Shown one piece after another: positions 50,595 through 59,525 of a DNA stretch of 64,000 nucleotides. The translations under genes and the position numbers were made by a program. The notes beneath the pieces were generated by a model. That model made no database searches, had not been told where the DNA came from, and was given only the letters and a program-made list of their open reading frames with translations. This DNA is from a virus. Position 1 is the stretch's first letter, and each line of letters starts with the position of its first letter. Location of the stretch: positions 35,962 through 99,961 of IMG/VR virus record IMGVR_UViG_3300005825_000044; one strand, written 5' to 3'.

Positions 50595-51034
50595 CACTCG
50601 GCCTCCTTCGCTGGCGGGATCGCCTCAAGTACAGCGCCAAGGGCCGCCTGCTCTCGTAGCGCCTCGCCGCGAGACAGGGCCTGCAACAAATCCCATGCCG
50701 CGACGCTCACCGGCGCCAGCGCATCCCGCGCGCCAGCGTCGCGCTCCGACTTGAGCAGGGCACGAAGCGTGTCGGCGATGATCGAGACGCGCATCCCGCC
50801 GCTCATCGTCGCGATGTCGTTTTCATCGCGGTCCGACCAGAACCAAAAACCTTGGTCACGATCGGCAGCCGCGCGCGCTTCATTGAGCATCGGGACGAGG
50901 GCATCCTTCGTGTCCCGCGTGCCTGCGTCGTAGGCGGCTTGGAGGTCGTGGCAGTACAGCCCGTCATGACACCGGCACACCGCGCTGCGCGCACCGACAG
51001 CCTTGCACGCGCTGCACAACTCGGGCCTAGCCAC
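50594..51034 (-). CDS. Zn-finger protein (paralog of 49964..50209)
   Basis: MARPELCSAC...AYDAGTRDTKD...PPAKEAE. Confidence 0.6.
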   Translation of the reverse strand: MARPELCSACKAVGARSAVCRCHDGLYCHDLQAAYDAGTRDTKDALVPMLNEARAAADRDQGFWFWSDRDENDIATMSGGMRVSIIADTLRALLKSERDAGARDALAPVSVAAWDLLQALSRGEALREQAALGAVLEAIPPAKEAE

Positions 51035-51067
51035 GGTCGGCCTCCATGTCTCGTGATCGCTCGGCCA

Positions 51068-52462
51068 TCACGCAACCCTTACCCGGGAGACGCGCTGCGC
51101 GGCACCGAGTAGCACGGAGCGGGCCCACTCCGAAGTCGTGGTACCGGCCCGGTCAGCGGCCCAGTCCAGCTCCGCGCGCTCTGTAGCGGAGAACCGGGCC
51201 GCGAGCCTGGAGCCCTCCGGAGGGCCCCCTGGCAGCTCTACGCGCTCCCCCGGTGCGGGGCGGGTACCGTCAGGCGGCACCTCGGGCGCCGGCCTCTGCG
51301 TGTCTCCTCGAGGGGACACGGTCTGGTAGCGGTGACGGGCACAGGCCCGGCAGCCACCGGAGGGGAACCTCGAGCCGGGTTCACCGAGATCGTGCCCACG
51401 CCCGCACCGCGTCCTCCTGTTGGTGAGTCCCGCATCGACCGAGACCGCGCGCTCCGGCGACCAGCCGAGCTTGTCGACCCTGCCGACGATCGCCGAGTAG
51501 CTGATACCGGTGACGTCCGACCACTCCGTGATCGTGCGGCTGACACCGTCGACCACTAGGACGCGGGCGTCCGGTCGCTTCTTCGGGGCCTCCTTCTTCG
51601 GCTTCGCTGGCGCCGGGATCGCGACGGGTGTCGACGGCGCGGTACCCAGGGCGCGATGCAGCTCCGCGTCGTCGCGGACCGCCGCGCTGAACAGCTTCCG
51701 GACGCGGGTCTCGAGCTGCCGGATCCTCTCGCGCGTCACGCGCCATCGCGCGCCGACCTCGCGGAGTGCCACGCGGTCTCGCGGGTCGCACCAGACCCTG
51801 CGTTCGAAGACGTCGCGCTGCCGCGCGTCGAGCGTGGCGCGGAACCGGTCCACTGCGGCACTCACCGCCGCGAGGTCGTCGTCGCTGCCGACCCGCTCGT
51901 CCTGCAGCTCGCCGGGGTCCGCGACGAAGTCGAGGAAGCACGAGCTGTCGGGGTCGTCCCCGACGCGTTCGTCCAGCGACAGCGTCGGGCCGCGGCGCAG
52001 CGCGGCGAGCACGCGGCGCACAGTCTCCGGCTTGGACCTGTATCTCTCAGCGACGACGGCGAGCGCGGCGTCGTGGCCGAGACCCTCGGCGAGCGCGGCG
52101 TCGTAGTCGACCAGGTACTTCTTGCGGTTCAGGTCGGCGCGGTTCACCTCTGCGGCGTCCTGCGCCGCGCGCCTGACGTGGTTCTTGATCCACCACGTCG
52201 CGTACGACAGGAAAAGGACGCCCTGGTCGGGATCGAACAGCTCGATCGCCCGCAGCACCCCGAAGACGCCCTCGCTGACGAGGTCGTCAAGCTCGAGCCT
52301 GCCCCGCGCGAGCGGGAGTGCCCGGGACGCGTGGTAGGCGACGGCGCGCATCGTCGTGGTCACGAGCATGTCGCGCGCCGCGGCGTCACCTGCCCTGGCC
52401 CTCACCGCCAGCTCGATCTGCTCCTTCGCTGGGAGCGGCCTCTTGAAGAGCGCGGCGTCCAT
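51068..52462 (-). CDS. Phage sigma70-family factor with three appended DNA-binding modules (alternative start 52549)
   Basis: Region 2 DDLVSEGVFGVLRAIELFDPDQGVLFLSYATWWIK, region 3 LSLDERV, region 4 LREVGARWRVTRERIRQLE; then DGVSRTITEWSDVTGISYSAIVGRV..LGWSPERA, CGRGH...GCRAC, and an RHH-like RFS..ERAELDWAA..AG.T.SEWAR. Confidence 0.9.
   Translation of the reverse strand: MDAALFKRPLPAKEQIELAVRARAGDAAARDMLVTTTMRAVAYHASRALPLARGRLELDDLVSEGVFGVLRAIELFDPDQGVLFLSYATWWIKNHVRRAAQDAAEVNRADLNRKKYLVDYDAALAEGLGHDAALAVVAERYRSKPETVRRVLAALRRGPTLSLDERVGDDPDSSCFLDFVADPGELQDERVGSDDDLAAVSAAVDRFRATLDARQRDVFERRVWCDPRDRVALREVGARWRVTRERIRQLETRVRKLFSAAVRDDAELHRALGTAPSTPVAIPAPAKPKKEAPKKRPDARVLVVDGVSRTITEWSDVTGISYSAIVGRVDKLGWSPERAVSVDAGLTNRRTRCGRGHDLGEPGSRFPSGGCRACARHRYQTVSPRGDTQRPAPEVPPDGTRPAPGERVELPGGPPEGSRLAARFSATERAELDWAADRAGTTTSEWARSVLLGAAQRVSRVRVA
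51074..51102 (-). promoter_or_regulatory. Class-2 promoter-like motif CCGCGC-N13-GGTAAGGGTT
   Basis: Inside the last codons of the sigma gene; ATG of a 13-codon ORF follows after 5 nt. Confidence 0.7.
51300..51319. repeat. Palindrome family copy 8 (GTGTCTCCTCGAGGGGACAC)
   Basis: 19/20 match; at the Zn-finger/RHH junction of the sigma gene. Confidence 0.93.
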
Positions 52463-52475
52463 GGCAACCAGAAGT

Positions 52476-52934
52476 CTACCCGTGTCTCCTCGAGGAGACA
52501 CGTCGCCGAAGAGACTTGTAGTCGCGCTCCCAAACAGAGAAGTCGACATCGAGCCCGAGTGCCGCGAACGCCCGCGTCACGGTACGCAGCGAAGGGTTGC
52601 ACCGGGGATCCTCGAGCTTCGCTACGCGCTGTTGCGTGAGCCCCGCTAGCTTGGCGAGACCTACCTGCGTGTGGCCGTACCTACAACGAGCCCGACGAAT
52701 CAGCACCGCGATAGCTATGCGGGGGTCAACGAAGATGCGACGCCCCCTACGATCGCGCGGTTCGGGAGGCAGATTCCCGTGTGCCATGTGAGCGCAGAGC
52801 CACCCCTCTAACGCCTCTGTCGCGGCCGCCCACAATTCGTCGCGACTGGCTGCGTAGGTCTGACACCCCGGCGCGTCGGGGAACTCTGCTAGCCAGTGAC
52901 TACCCTCTCGGCGAAAGCGGACCGCGTAGTGCAT
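52476..52934 (-). CDS. hicB: Orphan HicB-family protein with C-terminal XRE HTH
   Basis: MHYAVRF..EG..W.AEFPD.PGCQT...DE....ATEALEGWL......P.P; C-terminal TQ..LAKLAG.TQQRVAKLE....NPSLRT; no hicA seen nearby. Confidence 0.85.
   Translation of the reverse strand: MHYAVRFRREGSHWLAEFPDAPGCQTYAASRDELWAAATEALEGWLCAHMAHGNLPPEPRDRRGRRIFVDPRIAIAVLIRRARCRYGHTQVGLAKLAGLTQQRVAKLEDPRCNPSLRTVTRAFAALGLDVDFSVWERDYKSLRRRVSSRRHG
52482..52501. repeat. Palindrome family copy 9
   Basis: Exact match; in the last codons of hicB, 19 bp upstream of the sigma ATG, over the -35/spacer of a TAGACT -10 (52473-52478). Confidence 0.97.
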
Positions 52935-52939
52935 GCCGT

Positions 52940-52968
52940 AACCGATACCGAACCACGATAGACCGCGG
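52940..52968 (-). promoter_or_regulatory. Class-2 promoter-like motif CCGCGG-N13-GGTATCGGTT (hicB promoter)
   Basis: hicB ATG follows after 5 nt; no SD. Confidence 0.7.
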
Positions 52969-52972
52969 CTCC

Positions 52973-52992
52973 GTGTCTCCTCGAGGAGACAC
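52973..52992. repeat. Palindrome family copy 10
   Basis: Exact match; 4 bp upstream of the hicB class-2 upstream element. Confidence 0.97.
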
Positions 52993-53248
52993 GCTCGGGA
53001 GGGATCAGCGCGATGTGGACGATCGTGACTCGGAGGAACGGTTGCCGGCGCCCGTTCTCTACTCCGGGCGCGGCCAAAGTTTGCCCTATCGCCCTCGCGG
53101 GCTCATGCCGAGCGTGGGTTTGACAGCCCACGCGTCCCGTCGTTTCGGGTTGTTCGATGGGGGCCATGCATCGCCCCCTCCGCTCCCAGCAACCGTTCCT
53201 ACGAGTCACACCGAATACGTACCGCGCCGGCCCTACAAGCGGGCCCTA

Positions 53249-53551
53249 CTACCATCGCACCCGCCTGCAGCGCCGCTCCGCGGCCCACTGCGCGGCCTCG
53301 GCGAGCATCGCCGCATGCTGCACGGTCCGCACCGGGGAGAGCCCGAGGTCGAGCCGCGGCGCGTACTGCTCCGCGCGCCTCGCCACCGCTGCAGAGCTGC
53401 ACGGCGGCAGGACGTCGACCACGGCGCGCCCCTTCTCGCGGGGGTGGGGGTACGCCGTGGCCAGCGTGTCGCCGTCCCTCACGATGACGGGACCGCGGTG
53501 CTTGAACGCGTGCTTCGCGGCGTGCCGCTGGATCCGAGTGACGTCAGCCAC
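53249..53551 (-). CDS. Hypothetical protein
   Basis: 100 aa, tiles with neighbours. Confidence 0.5.
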   Translation of the reverse strand: MADVTRIQRHAAKHAFKHRGPVIVRDGDTLATAYPHPREKGRAVVDVLPPCSSAAVARRAEQYAPRLDLGLSPVRTVQHAAMLAEAAQWAAERRCRRVRW

Positions 53552-53837
53552 GACCGGCCTCCCGCTTGCGACCCTCGATCCCGAGCCTCGCGGTCCGGGC
53601 CAGCCTCGCGATGTTACCGAGCCTCGCGTGGTTCTCCCGCACGTAGACGCGGAGGTCCTCGCCGCTCAGGACGCCGGAGAGCACGCGTACCAGGACCTCC
53701 GCGTCGCGCTCGTCGATGCTCACCGACGCCCGCGTCGGGGTCTGCTGCACGTACGAGCCGGCGCAGGTCGCCGTGGGGTGCTCGCCGCGTCGGAGCCCGC
53801 AGGTACGGCACTTCGCGCTGGGTCTCGTCCGCGCCAT
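53544..53837 (-). CDS. Hypothetical protein with N-terminal C..C...H...C
   Basis: 97 aa; TGATG overlap. Confidence 0.55.
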   Translation of the reverse strand: MARTRPSAKCRTCGLRRGEHPTATCAGSYVQQTPTRASVSIDERDAEVLVRVLSGVLSGEDLRVYVRENHARLGNIARLARTARLGIEGRKREAGRG

Positions 53838-54283
53838 CAGAGCCCCACCGACTCGAGGATGTCCGCGGCACGGAGGTAGGCGCTGGGCCTCGCCGCGCTG
53901 TCTACCGTGGGTGACGGGTTGCTCCGGATCTCCCTAGACGCGCGCCCGACAGCCATGATCTGCGATTCCGACAAGTCACGCACCTCATTCACCAGCCCGA
54001 TATCGCGCAGCGCCTCGAAGACGGCCCCGCGCCGCACCATGTCGATCGCCTCGAGCTTTTTGGAAGTGTAGTGGCCCCGCCCCCAGGGAACCGCCCTTAC
54101 CCCAACCGACACACCGAGCGAGTACAACATCACGCAGCCCGCCATGCACGCCGCGCAAGCTCCTCCTCTACCGGCGACCCACTCGCTCATGTCGAGCACG
54201 ACGCCGGGGTCACGAGAGCCGCGCTTCGTGTCGCGGACCGCGACCCTGATCAGCGCGCTCAGCGTGTCCGGTAGCTCGCTCAT
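53837..54283 (-). CDS. Hypothetical protein
   Basis: LDMSEW...C.AC.AG.V; ATGA overlap. Confidence 0.6.
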   Translation of the reverse strand: MSELPDTLSALIRVAVRDTKRGSRDPGVVLDMSEWVAGRGGACAACMAGCVMLYSLGVSVGVRAVPWGRGHYTSKKLEAIDMVRRGAVFEALRDIGLVNEVRDLSESQIMAVGRASREIRSNPSPTVDSAARPSAYLRAADILESVGL

Positions 54284-54840
54284 GGCGCATGCTCCTGCCG
54301 CACAGCGGTCGCGAGGCGAGCCGCGCGCTCAGCCTCGACCACGGCGCGCTCCACGTCACTGGGCAGCGTCCAGAGACCCTGCCTGCCGCGGCACGGTACG
54401 GGCTCCGCGAACCTCACGCGCTCCGCGAGGACCCAGCCGACCGAGGAGCGCTGCACGGTGCCGGCGAACCACCGGTTACGGACGACGTACTCGGCCTCAG
54501 TGCGGGTCAGTGCAGGACTCTTCTCGATCACACCGAGCCTCATCCGGTGACTGTGCTCTTCGAAGGGCACCATGCCGCCGCCGAACACCCAGCCGCGGAG
54601 CAGCACGGTGCCGACGACGCCCTCGTCGCGGAGCCCCTGAGTGTCCTCCCACTCCCAGAGCCACGGTTTGACGCGCTCGACCGCGGAGTCGTCGAACGCG
54701 CGGCCGGCGTGGATCGCGATGCGGGTGCCGACCACGCTGTCCGGCGGCTTCCAGGACCGGTTCTCGATCTGCTTCCACGAGTCGCCGCCGAGCCCGAAGA
54801 TGAACGCCGGCCACGGTCGGTGAAGGGTCAGGCACCTCAT
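54280..54840 (-). CDS. ASCH domain protein
   Basis: MRCLTLHRPW..FIF....KQIENRSW.P....G.RIAIHAG...WVL....F.EPVPCRGRQGLW. Confidence 0.9.
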   Translation of the reverse strand: MRCLTLHRPWPAFIFGLGGDSWKQIENRSWKPPDSVVGTRIAIHAGRAFDDSAVERVKPWLWEWEDTQGLRDEGVVGTVLLRGWVFGGGMVPFEEHSHRMRLGVIEKSPALTRTEAEYVVRNRWFAGTVQRSSVGWVLAERVRFAEPVPCRGRQGLWTLPSDVERAVVEAERAARLATAVRQEHAP

Positions 54841-54874
54841 GGGAGAACCTGTACCGCGACGCGCGCCGCTGCGG

Positions 54875-55132
54875 TCACTGGACGATCCTCCACTCGTGGC
54901 AGCGCCGCTCGACGTTCCAGCGGCACTCCACGCAGCCGTCGAACTCGAGCTGCAGCAGGATCCCGCGCTCGGCCCGGAGCGTGCGGACGTCGTGCCACTC
55001 CCCGTCGACCAACTCGTTGAGGGCAGCGGTGCACGCCGTGTTCTCGGGGCCGCAGATAGCCCTCACCAGCTCGGTGACGACCACGGCAACCATCCACCCG
55101 AGTACGAACAAGACGACGGTCGTGACGTTCAT
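54875..55132 (-). CDS. Membrane-anchored hypothetical protein
   Basis: N-terminal transmembrane segment MNVTTVVLFVLGWMVAVVV. Confidence 0.45.
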   Translation of the reverse strand: MNVTTVVLFVLGWMVAVVVTELVRAICGPENTACTAALNELVDGEWHDVRTLRAERGILLQLEFDGCVECRWNVERRCHEWRIVQ

Positions 55133-55272
55133 CAGGAGACCACGCGGGAAAGAAGACGGGGTACCCCCGGAGATGGGCGGCTCAGACCGGACCGTGACGA
55201 GTGTCGCCCCGGTAGGTGGAGCGGGCCTTCCGAAAGGCACCCCGCACTGGAACACGTACCGGCCCGACGCGC

Positions 55273-55599
55273 TCAGCGGTCACCGAAGTGCGGGTCGTAG
55301 CAGCGCTCGCCGCTGAGCGTGAGCCACTCCTCGACCTCGTGCTCCAGCACTGCCATGACGACAGCCTTCACGGCATCCGCGATCGACTCCCTGTCGAACA
55401 GGTCGCGGAAGCGCGTCTGCTCGGACACCACGTCGATCGTGCGGTGCGTCGGGTCGCGGGCGTCCGCGCACCTCATCACGACGCGTACCCTGACGTCACC
55501 GCCAGGATCCGGCATCGTGGTCAGGTCGATCCGCTCGATCCGGAGACCGCGCAGCGACGCGACCCACGGCTGCGACGTGTGGTCGTCGATGCGGATCAC
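55273..55599 (-). CDS. Hypothetical protein
   Basis: AVLEHEVEEWL..SG.R.YDPH motif, recalled from other high-GC phages. Confidence 0.6.
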   Translation of the reverse strand: MIRIDDHTSQPWVASLRGLRIERIDLTTMPDPGGDVRVRVVMRCADARDPTHRTIDVVSEQTRFRDLFDRESIADAVKAVVMAVLEHEVEEWLTLSGERCYDPHFGDR

Positions 55600-55714
55600 A
55601 GGTCCACCTACTCTGCGTGCTCCAGAGCGCGCTCCGCCAGCGACCTGACCCGATAGAGCGCGTCGGACCAGTTGCGGGGGTCGTGCGCACCAGCAGCAGC
55701 AGTCTCATCGCGGG

Positions 55715-58306
55715 CTAGCCGATCGTGGACACCGAGACGCCGCCGCCCGTGGCGATGCCGTGCACCCGAGCGTGGAGTCGCCGAGCGACCTCGCGGGCTA
55801 TCCAGCTCGCCATCAGCACGTCGCCGCTGTGCTGGTCCGGCATGTAGTCGATGCCCTCGGCCTCCCAGAGCCGCAGCGCCTCGTAGGCCTCCTCGAGCGC
55901 GGGGTCCGCGGTCGGTGCCGCGGGGATGACCCAGCGCCCGGTCTCTAGCTCGGCCGCGAGCGTGGCGAGCCCGAAGCGGGGATCCGTCTTGTTCTTGCCG
56001 GTGTTGAACGGGACGATCGGTGCCAGCGTGAGGCTGTTCTCCGACGCGAGGTCGACGAGGTGCTGCTGGATACCGTTGCTCTCGACCGCGATGATCCCAC
56101 CGAAGCACGCCGCCGCAGTCATGATGCGGAAGATCAGGTCAGGTCCGCGCCAGTTGCCGGCGCTGACGTGCAGCGGCTGCCGCTTACCGCTGGGGTGCAC
56201 CAGCAGCACGAAGATCGCCGACTTGCCGTTCGTGCGGCGCTTGCCGCCGAGGTCGACGCCGGTGACCACGACGCAGCCCTCCGGGATCTCGTCGAGCCTC
56301 TTGATCAGCGCGACGTCGTGGCGACGACACGCGTCGTACCACTGCGGCTGGAAGGTGCGGTTCGCCTGGTCAGTCGCCACCAGTTCGAAGAACCGGAGGA
56401 ACTCCTCCACCGTCATCTCAGCGCGAGCCGTCGCGAGCCGTGCCTCGTTCCACTGCTTGGTGTGGATGCTGCCGTCCGGGTCTCGGATCGGGCGGTTCAG
56501 CTCGTGCCAGCCCCGCTTCACCAGCTCGACGTCGAGCGCTCGGGGGTGCCACGGGTTCGTCGCGAACACCTTGACCGCGCCGTCGGTCATGCGGCGCAGC
56601 GGGGTCTGCCGGAACCAGCTCGAGGCTGCGCTGCGCTGCACCTCGGTCTGCGTGTTCTCGAAGTCCAGGAAGTCGTCCGCGAATAGACCGTCGCAGCGGG
56701 AGCCCTGCACCGCGCCGTGGTAGCCGACGGCCTGCAGCGAGGGGTCTCTGCTGTAGACGGTGCGGCGCACCGTGATCCGGTTCTCCTGCCACACCGGGCC
56801 CGGCACGAGGTCGGGGAACACCTCATGCAGTGCGGCGCTCTCCTCGACGTACTTCTTGACGACGCGGACCGTCTTCTTCGCGCCCTCCATCTCGTTGCCG
56901 AGCGCGACGAAGCGCTTCCACGGCGCGTTGCCGAGGTCGAACAGGATGCGGCCCACGATCTGCGTGCTGTTGTGCGTGACGGTGTACGCCCTACCGGCGA
57001 GGTAAGTGTGGTCGGGCGAGTCGACGGTTATGCACTTCGCGGGGCACGACGGAATCTCATCGATGCCGACCACCGACTTGAACCTGTGACGACCGCCGAC
57101 GCGGGACGCGTCACCGAGTCTCTGCCGCTCGAGCTTGCGGGGAAGCTTGAACACAGGGACCCGCGCGGTGAACGTGACCCTCCACCGCCGGCCCACAACC
57201 CGACCGTCGATCACAGCATCAGACTCCTTCATGCTCGCCTTGAGACCGAGCCCGCGTGCGAGTTGAAGGAAGTCCCGTGCCAGCCGCGGCGAGCAGGAGC
57301 AGTACTCGACACGCGAGCTACCTCCCGACGGTCCGTTGCTGACCGAGCCGTCTGTATCAAGCAACCCGGCGAGAAGCTCGAACCGGTCACTAACCGACGC
57401 GTGCAGATACTCAGGAGGGATGTGCTTCTCGTTCGGCCACAGCACCTCCAGCTCGCGCAGTACAGCCCTCACCTCGCCCCAGCTCGCGCCGAGGGTCCCG
57501 TTCATAATACCGGGCCTCCACGAGTAAGACCGAGCCTCCCTACCCCCAACGAACTGCACGCAGCGGTCCCAGATGAAGCGGTCCTTCTCGTGAAACGTAA
57601 TCCTCGAGTCCCTGCTGTTACCGTCACCGAGCCAAACGCCCAGCACGTACGGCGGCAGCACAAGAGCGGGGCCGGCGTCCATGACGGGGCCGCACACCGG
57701 TACGTGCCACTTCCACTTCAGGTCAGAGGTGCGAAGACCGCGCCGCAGCATCTCGTCGGTGCTCACGACTCGCTCCGAGCCGCCGCAGTACGTGGCGGTC
57801 CAGAGGTGGTCTCCATCCGCGTCAAGCCATGACCCGTCGTCGAACCGGACCCTGAACATCCTGCCCATCTCGATACGGCTCACCGCCGTGACGCTGCACG
57901 GAGCCCCGTCACGCCCGAACACGACGTCGCCGACGCGCACAGCTCCCATGCGCTTCCACCCACCGACGACTGGAATCTCGGTATCGACGGAGAGCCGCTT
58001 GCCGCTCTCCGGGTGGCTCCTGACGACGACGCCGCGGGCGCCGTGCCGGTCCACAGCGTGCTGCAGCCGCACGTGGAACGGCTCCTGCCGGACGGGGTCG
58101 CCCTTCTCGTCACGGATCACGTGCTCCACGAACGCGTTGACGTCGGTGCGGCAGTACTGGAAGTACAGCGCTCGTGCCCGCTCCCCGGCGCTCCGGATGC
58201 CAGCGGCCTCGAGGTCGACGCCCTCAGCGTCGGGGGCAGCTACCTCGGCAGTCGCGGCGGCCCGGTCCGGAGCGTGTCCCCTCAAGGAGACACGCTTACG
58301 AGCCAT
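55715..58306 (-). CDS. terL: Terminase large subunit with intein
   Basis: Spliced Walker A RSHPESGK/STQ, Walker B LFADD, nuclease VTGVDLGG...IAVESNG...DVLMASWIA; about 520 aa after splicing. Confidence 0.93.
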   Translation of the reverse strand: MARKRVSLRGHAPDRAAATAEVAAPDAEGVDLEAAGIRSAGERARALYFQYCRTDVNAFVEHVIRDEKGDPVRQEPFHVRLQHAVDRHGARGVVVRSHPESGKRLSVDTEIPVVGGWKRMGAVRVGDVVFGRDGAPCSVTAVSRIEMGRMFRVRFDDGSWLDADGDHLWTATYCGGSERVVSTDEMLRRGLRTSDLKWKWHVPVCGPVMDAGPALVLPPYVLGVWLGDGNSRDSRITFHEKDRFIWDRCVQFVGGREARSYSWRPGIMNGTLGASWGEVRAVLRELEVLWPNEKHIPPEYLHASVSDRFELLAGLLDTDGSVSNGPSGGSSRVEYCSCSPRLARDFLQLARGLGLKASMKESDAVIDGRVVGRRWRVTFTARVPVFKLPRKLERQRLGDASRVGGRHRFKSVVGIDEIPSCPAKCITVDSPDHTYLAGRAYTVTHNSTQIVGRILFDLGNAPWKRFVALGNEMEGAKKTVRVVKKYVEESAALHEVFPDLVPGPVWQENRITVRRTVYSRDPSLQAVGYHGAVQGSRCDGLFADDFLDFENTQTEVQRSAASSWFRQTPLRRMTDGAVKVFATNPWHPRALDVELVKRGWHELNRPIRDPDGSIHTKQWNEARLATARAEMTVEEFLRFFELVATDQANRTFQPQWYDACRRHDVALIKRLDEIPEGCVVVTGVDLGGKRRTNGKSAIFVLLVHPSGKRQPLHVSAGNWRGPDLIFRIMTAAACFGGIIAVESNGIQQHLVDLASENSLTLAPIVPFNTGKNKTDPRFGLATLAAELETGRWVIPAAPTADPALEEAYEALRLWEAEGIDYMPDQHSGDVLMASWIAREVARRLHARVHGIATGGGVSVSTIG
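56969..57997 (-). mobile_element. Class-3 intein with LAGLIDADG homing endonuclease (343 aa)
   Basis: Block A RLSVDTEIP..GWKRMG.V.VGD.VFG.DG.PC.V, block B DADGDHLW, LGVWLGDG and LAGLLDTDG, block F KCITVDSPDHTYLAG, block G TVTHN followed by Ser. Confidence 0.93.
58274..58293. repeat. Palindrome family copy 12 (GTGTCCCCTCAAGGAGACAC)
   Basis: 18/20 match; at the terS/terL junction. Confidence 0.85.
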
Positions 58307-59096
58307 CGCCGTCGCCCTGGTCTACCTCCACAACGTCGACGAGCAGCGCGGCCCGAGCACGGGCCCGCTTCACCATCTCGGCGGCCTCCTCGATCCAGAT
58401 CATCGACCGCTCGGTGGAGAGCTGCTCGCCGTCGTCGGCACCCTCCGGAGGCGCGATCGGGGCGCCCATGATGACGCGCTCGGTGTGCACGGAGAGCTTG
58501 CTGGCCTCGTTGCTGAACCTCGTCACTGTGGCGATCTGCCGGAGCAGCGCGATGCTCTCCTTCACGCTCACGCTTGGGTCGTCGGCCCGCAGCTCGAGCT
58601 GCCGCCGTACCCGCTCGCTGAGCTTCATCGCGCCCTGGAGCATGCTCGCCGTGGCGAGACCCAGCGCGAGCGCGTTGCGACGCGCGGCCTGGGCGACGCG
58701 GCCCTCCTCGGCCATCGTCTCTGCGCGGTCGCGCTCCAGCGCGAGCCTCCGCTTCTCCCGGTCCATCAGCACCGCGATGTGCTTCACCTGGGCGGGGTCG
58801 TCGGGGCTCGGGCCCATCGCCCGGAGCGCGCGGGCCTCGCGCCGCAGCTCGAGCACGGTCTCCTTGATCGGCGGCCGCGTGCCGTCGCCGAGGTGCCAGT
58901 ACTTGTGCGACGTCACCGGGGAGGCTCCGAGTGCCTTCGCGACGACCTGCGGCTGCCCGGGCCGCTGCGCGAACGCCTCGACCCAGACCGACCACTCGTC
59001 GTCGGTCAGAGCGTTCGGCCGCGGCCTGCCGAGCTTCTTGCCCTTCCGGTTCCCTGCCCTCTTCGAGACGCGCTGCTGACCGCCATCCGCTGCCAC
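58296..59096 (-). CDS. Putative terminase small subunit
   Basis: Overlaps the terL start; N-terminal GRPRP plus HTH-like segment, coiled-coil core. Call rests on position. Confidence 0.6.
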   Translation of the reverse strand: MAADGGQQRVSKRAGNRKGKKLGRPRPNALTDDEWSVWVEAFAQRPGQPQVVAKALGASPVTSHKYWHLGDGTRPPIKETVLELRREARALRAMGPSPDDPAQVKHIAVLMDREKRRLALERDRAETMAEEGRVAQAARRNALALGLATASMLQGAMKLSERVRRQLELRADDPSVSVKESIALLRQIATVTRFSNEASKLSVHTERVIMGAPIAPPEGADDGEQLSTERSMIWIEEAAEMVKRARARAALLVDVVEVDQGDGDGS

Positions 59097-59260
59097 GCGG
59101 AGCACCGTACCACGGTGCCGCGCCGGATTCATTTCGCACCGTGCTGGACCGCCAGCCCGCGCGGCCGGCACGCCCCGCGAGGACCGTCATCCACGCCGGG
59201 CGAAGGGGCCCTACTACCGACCGCGCGAGCACACGGTTAGTCGGGGAGTGTAGGGGAACC

Positions 59261-59313
59261 CGACGTCGCGTCCAGCTCTGCGATCAGCGCGTCGGCATAC
59301 CCGATCGAGCTTC
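59261..59313. repeat. 53-bp exact direct repeat, copy 1
   Basis: Identical to 59532-59584; intergenic upstream of terS. Confidence 0.95.
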
Positions 59314-59525
59314 GGCCGCCGGGTTATCGCGCAGCGCGAGATGGTGCGCGTGCTTTCCCCGGCCGGTCGCGAAAGTGGCGGTTTGCACGAATATACAAAG
59401 AAAATCTCCTTTCGGAACAAGGAGTTAGACCTGGGCGCAAACTTCGTTGAGTTCCGTGTGCCCGCCCCGCTGCCCAGCGAATCGACCGGCGCGCGCGGGC
59501 GAATCCCAAATCCGGCCACTACCGA

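Noticed and set aside
53112-53133. Hairpin GCGTGGG-tttgacag-CCCACGC with TTGACA in the loop as a plus-strand promoter
   Set aside because: No -10 at 16-18 bp and no plausible downstream plus-strand gene.
59073-59096. Shared MAADGG N-terminus of terS candidate and major capsid protein
   Set aside because: Six residues with different codons; probably coincidence, and the terS start is uncertain.
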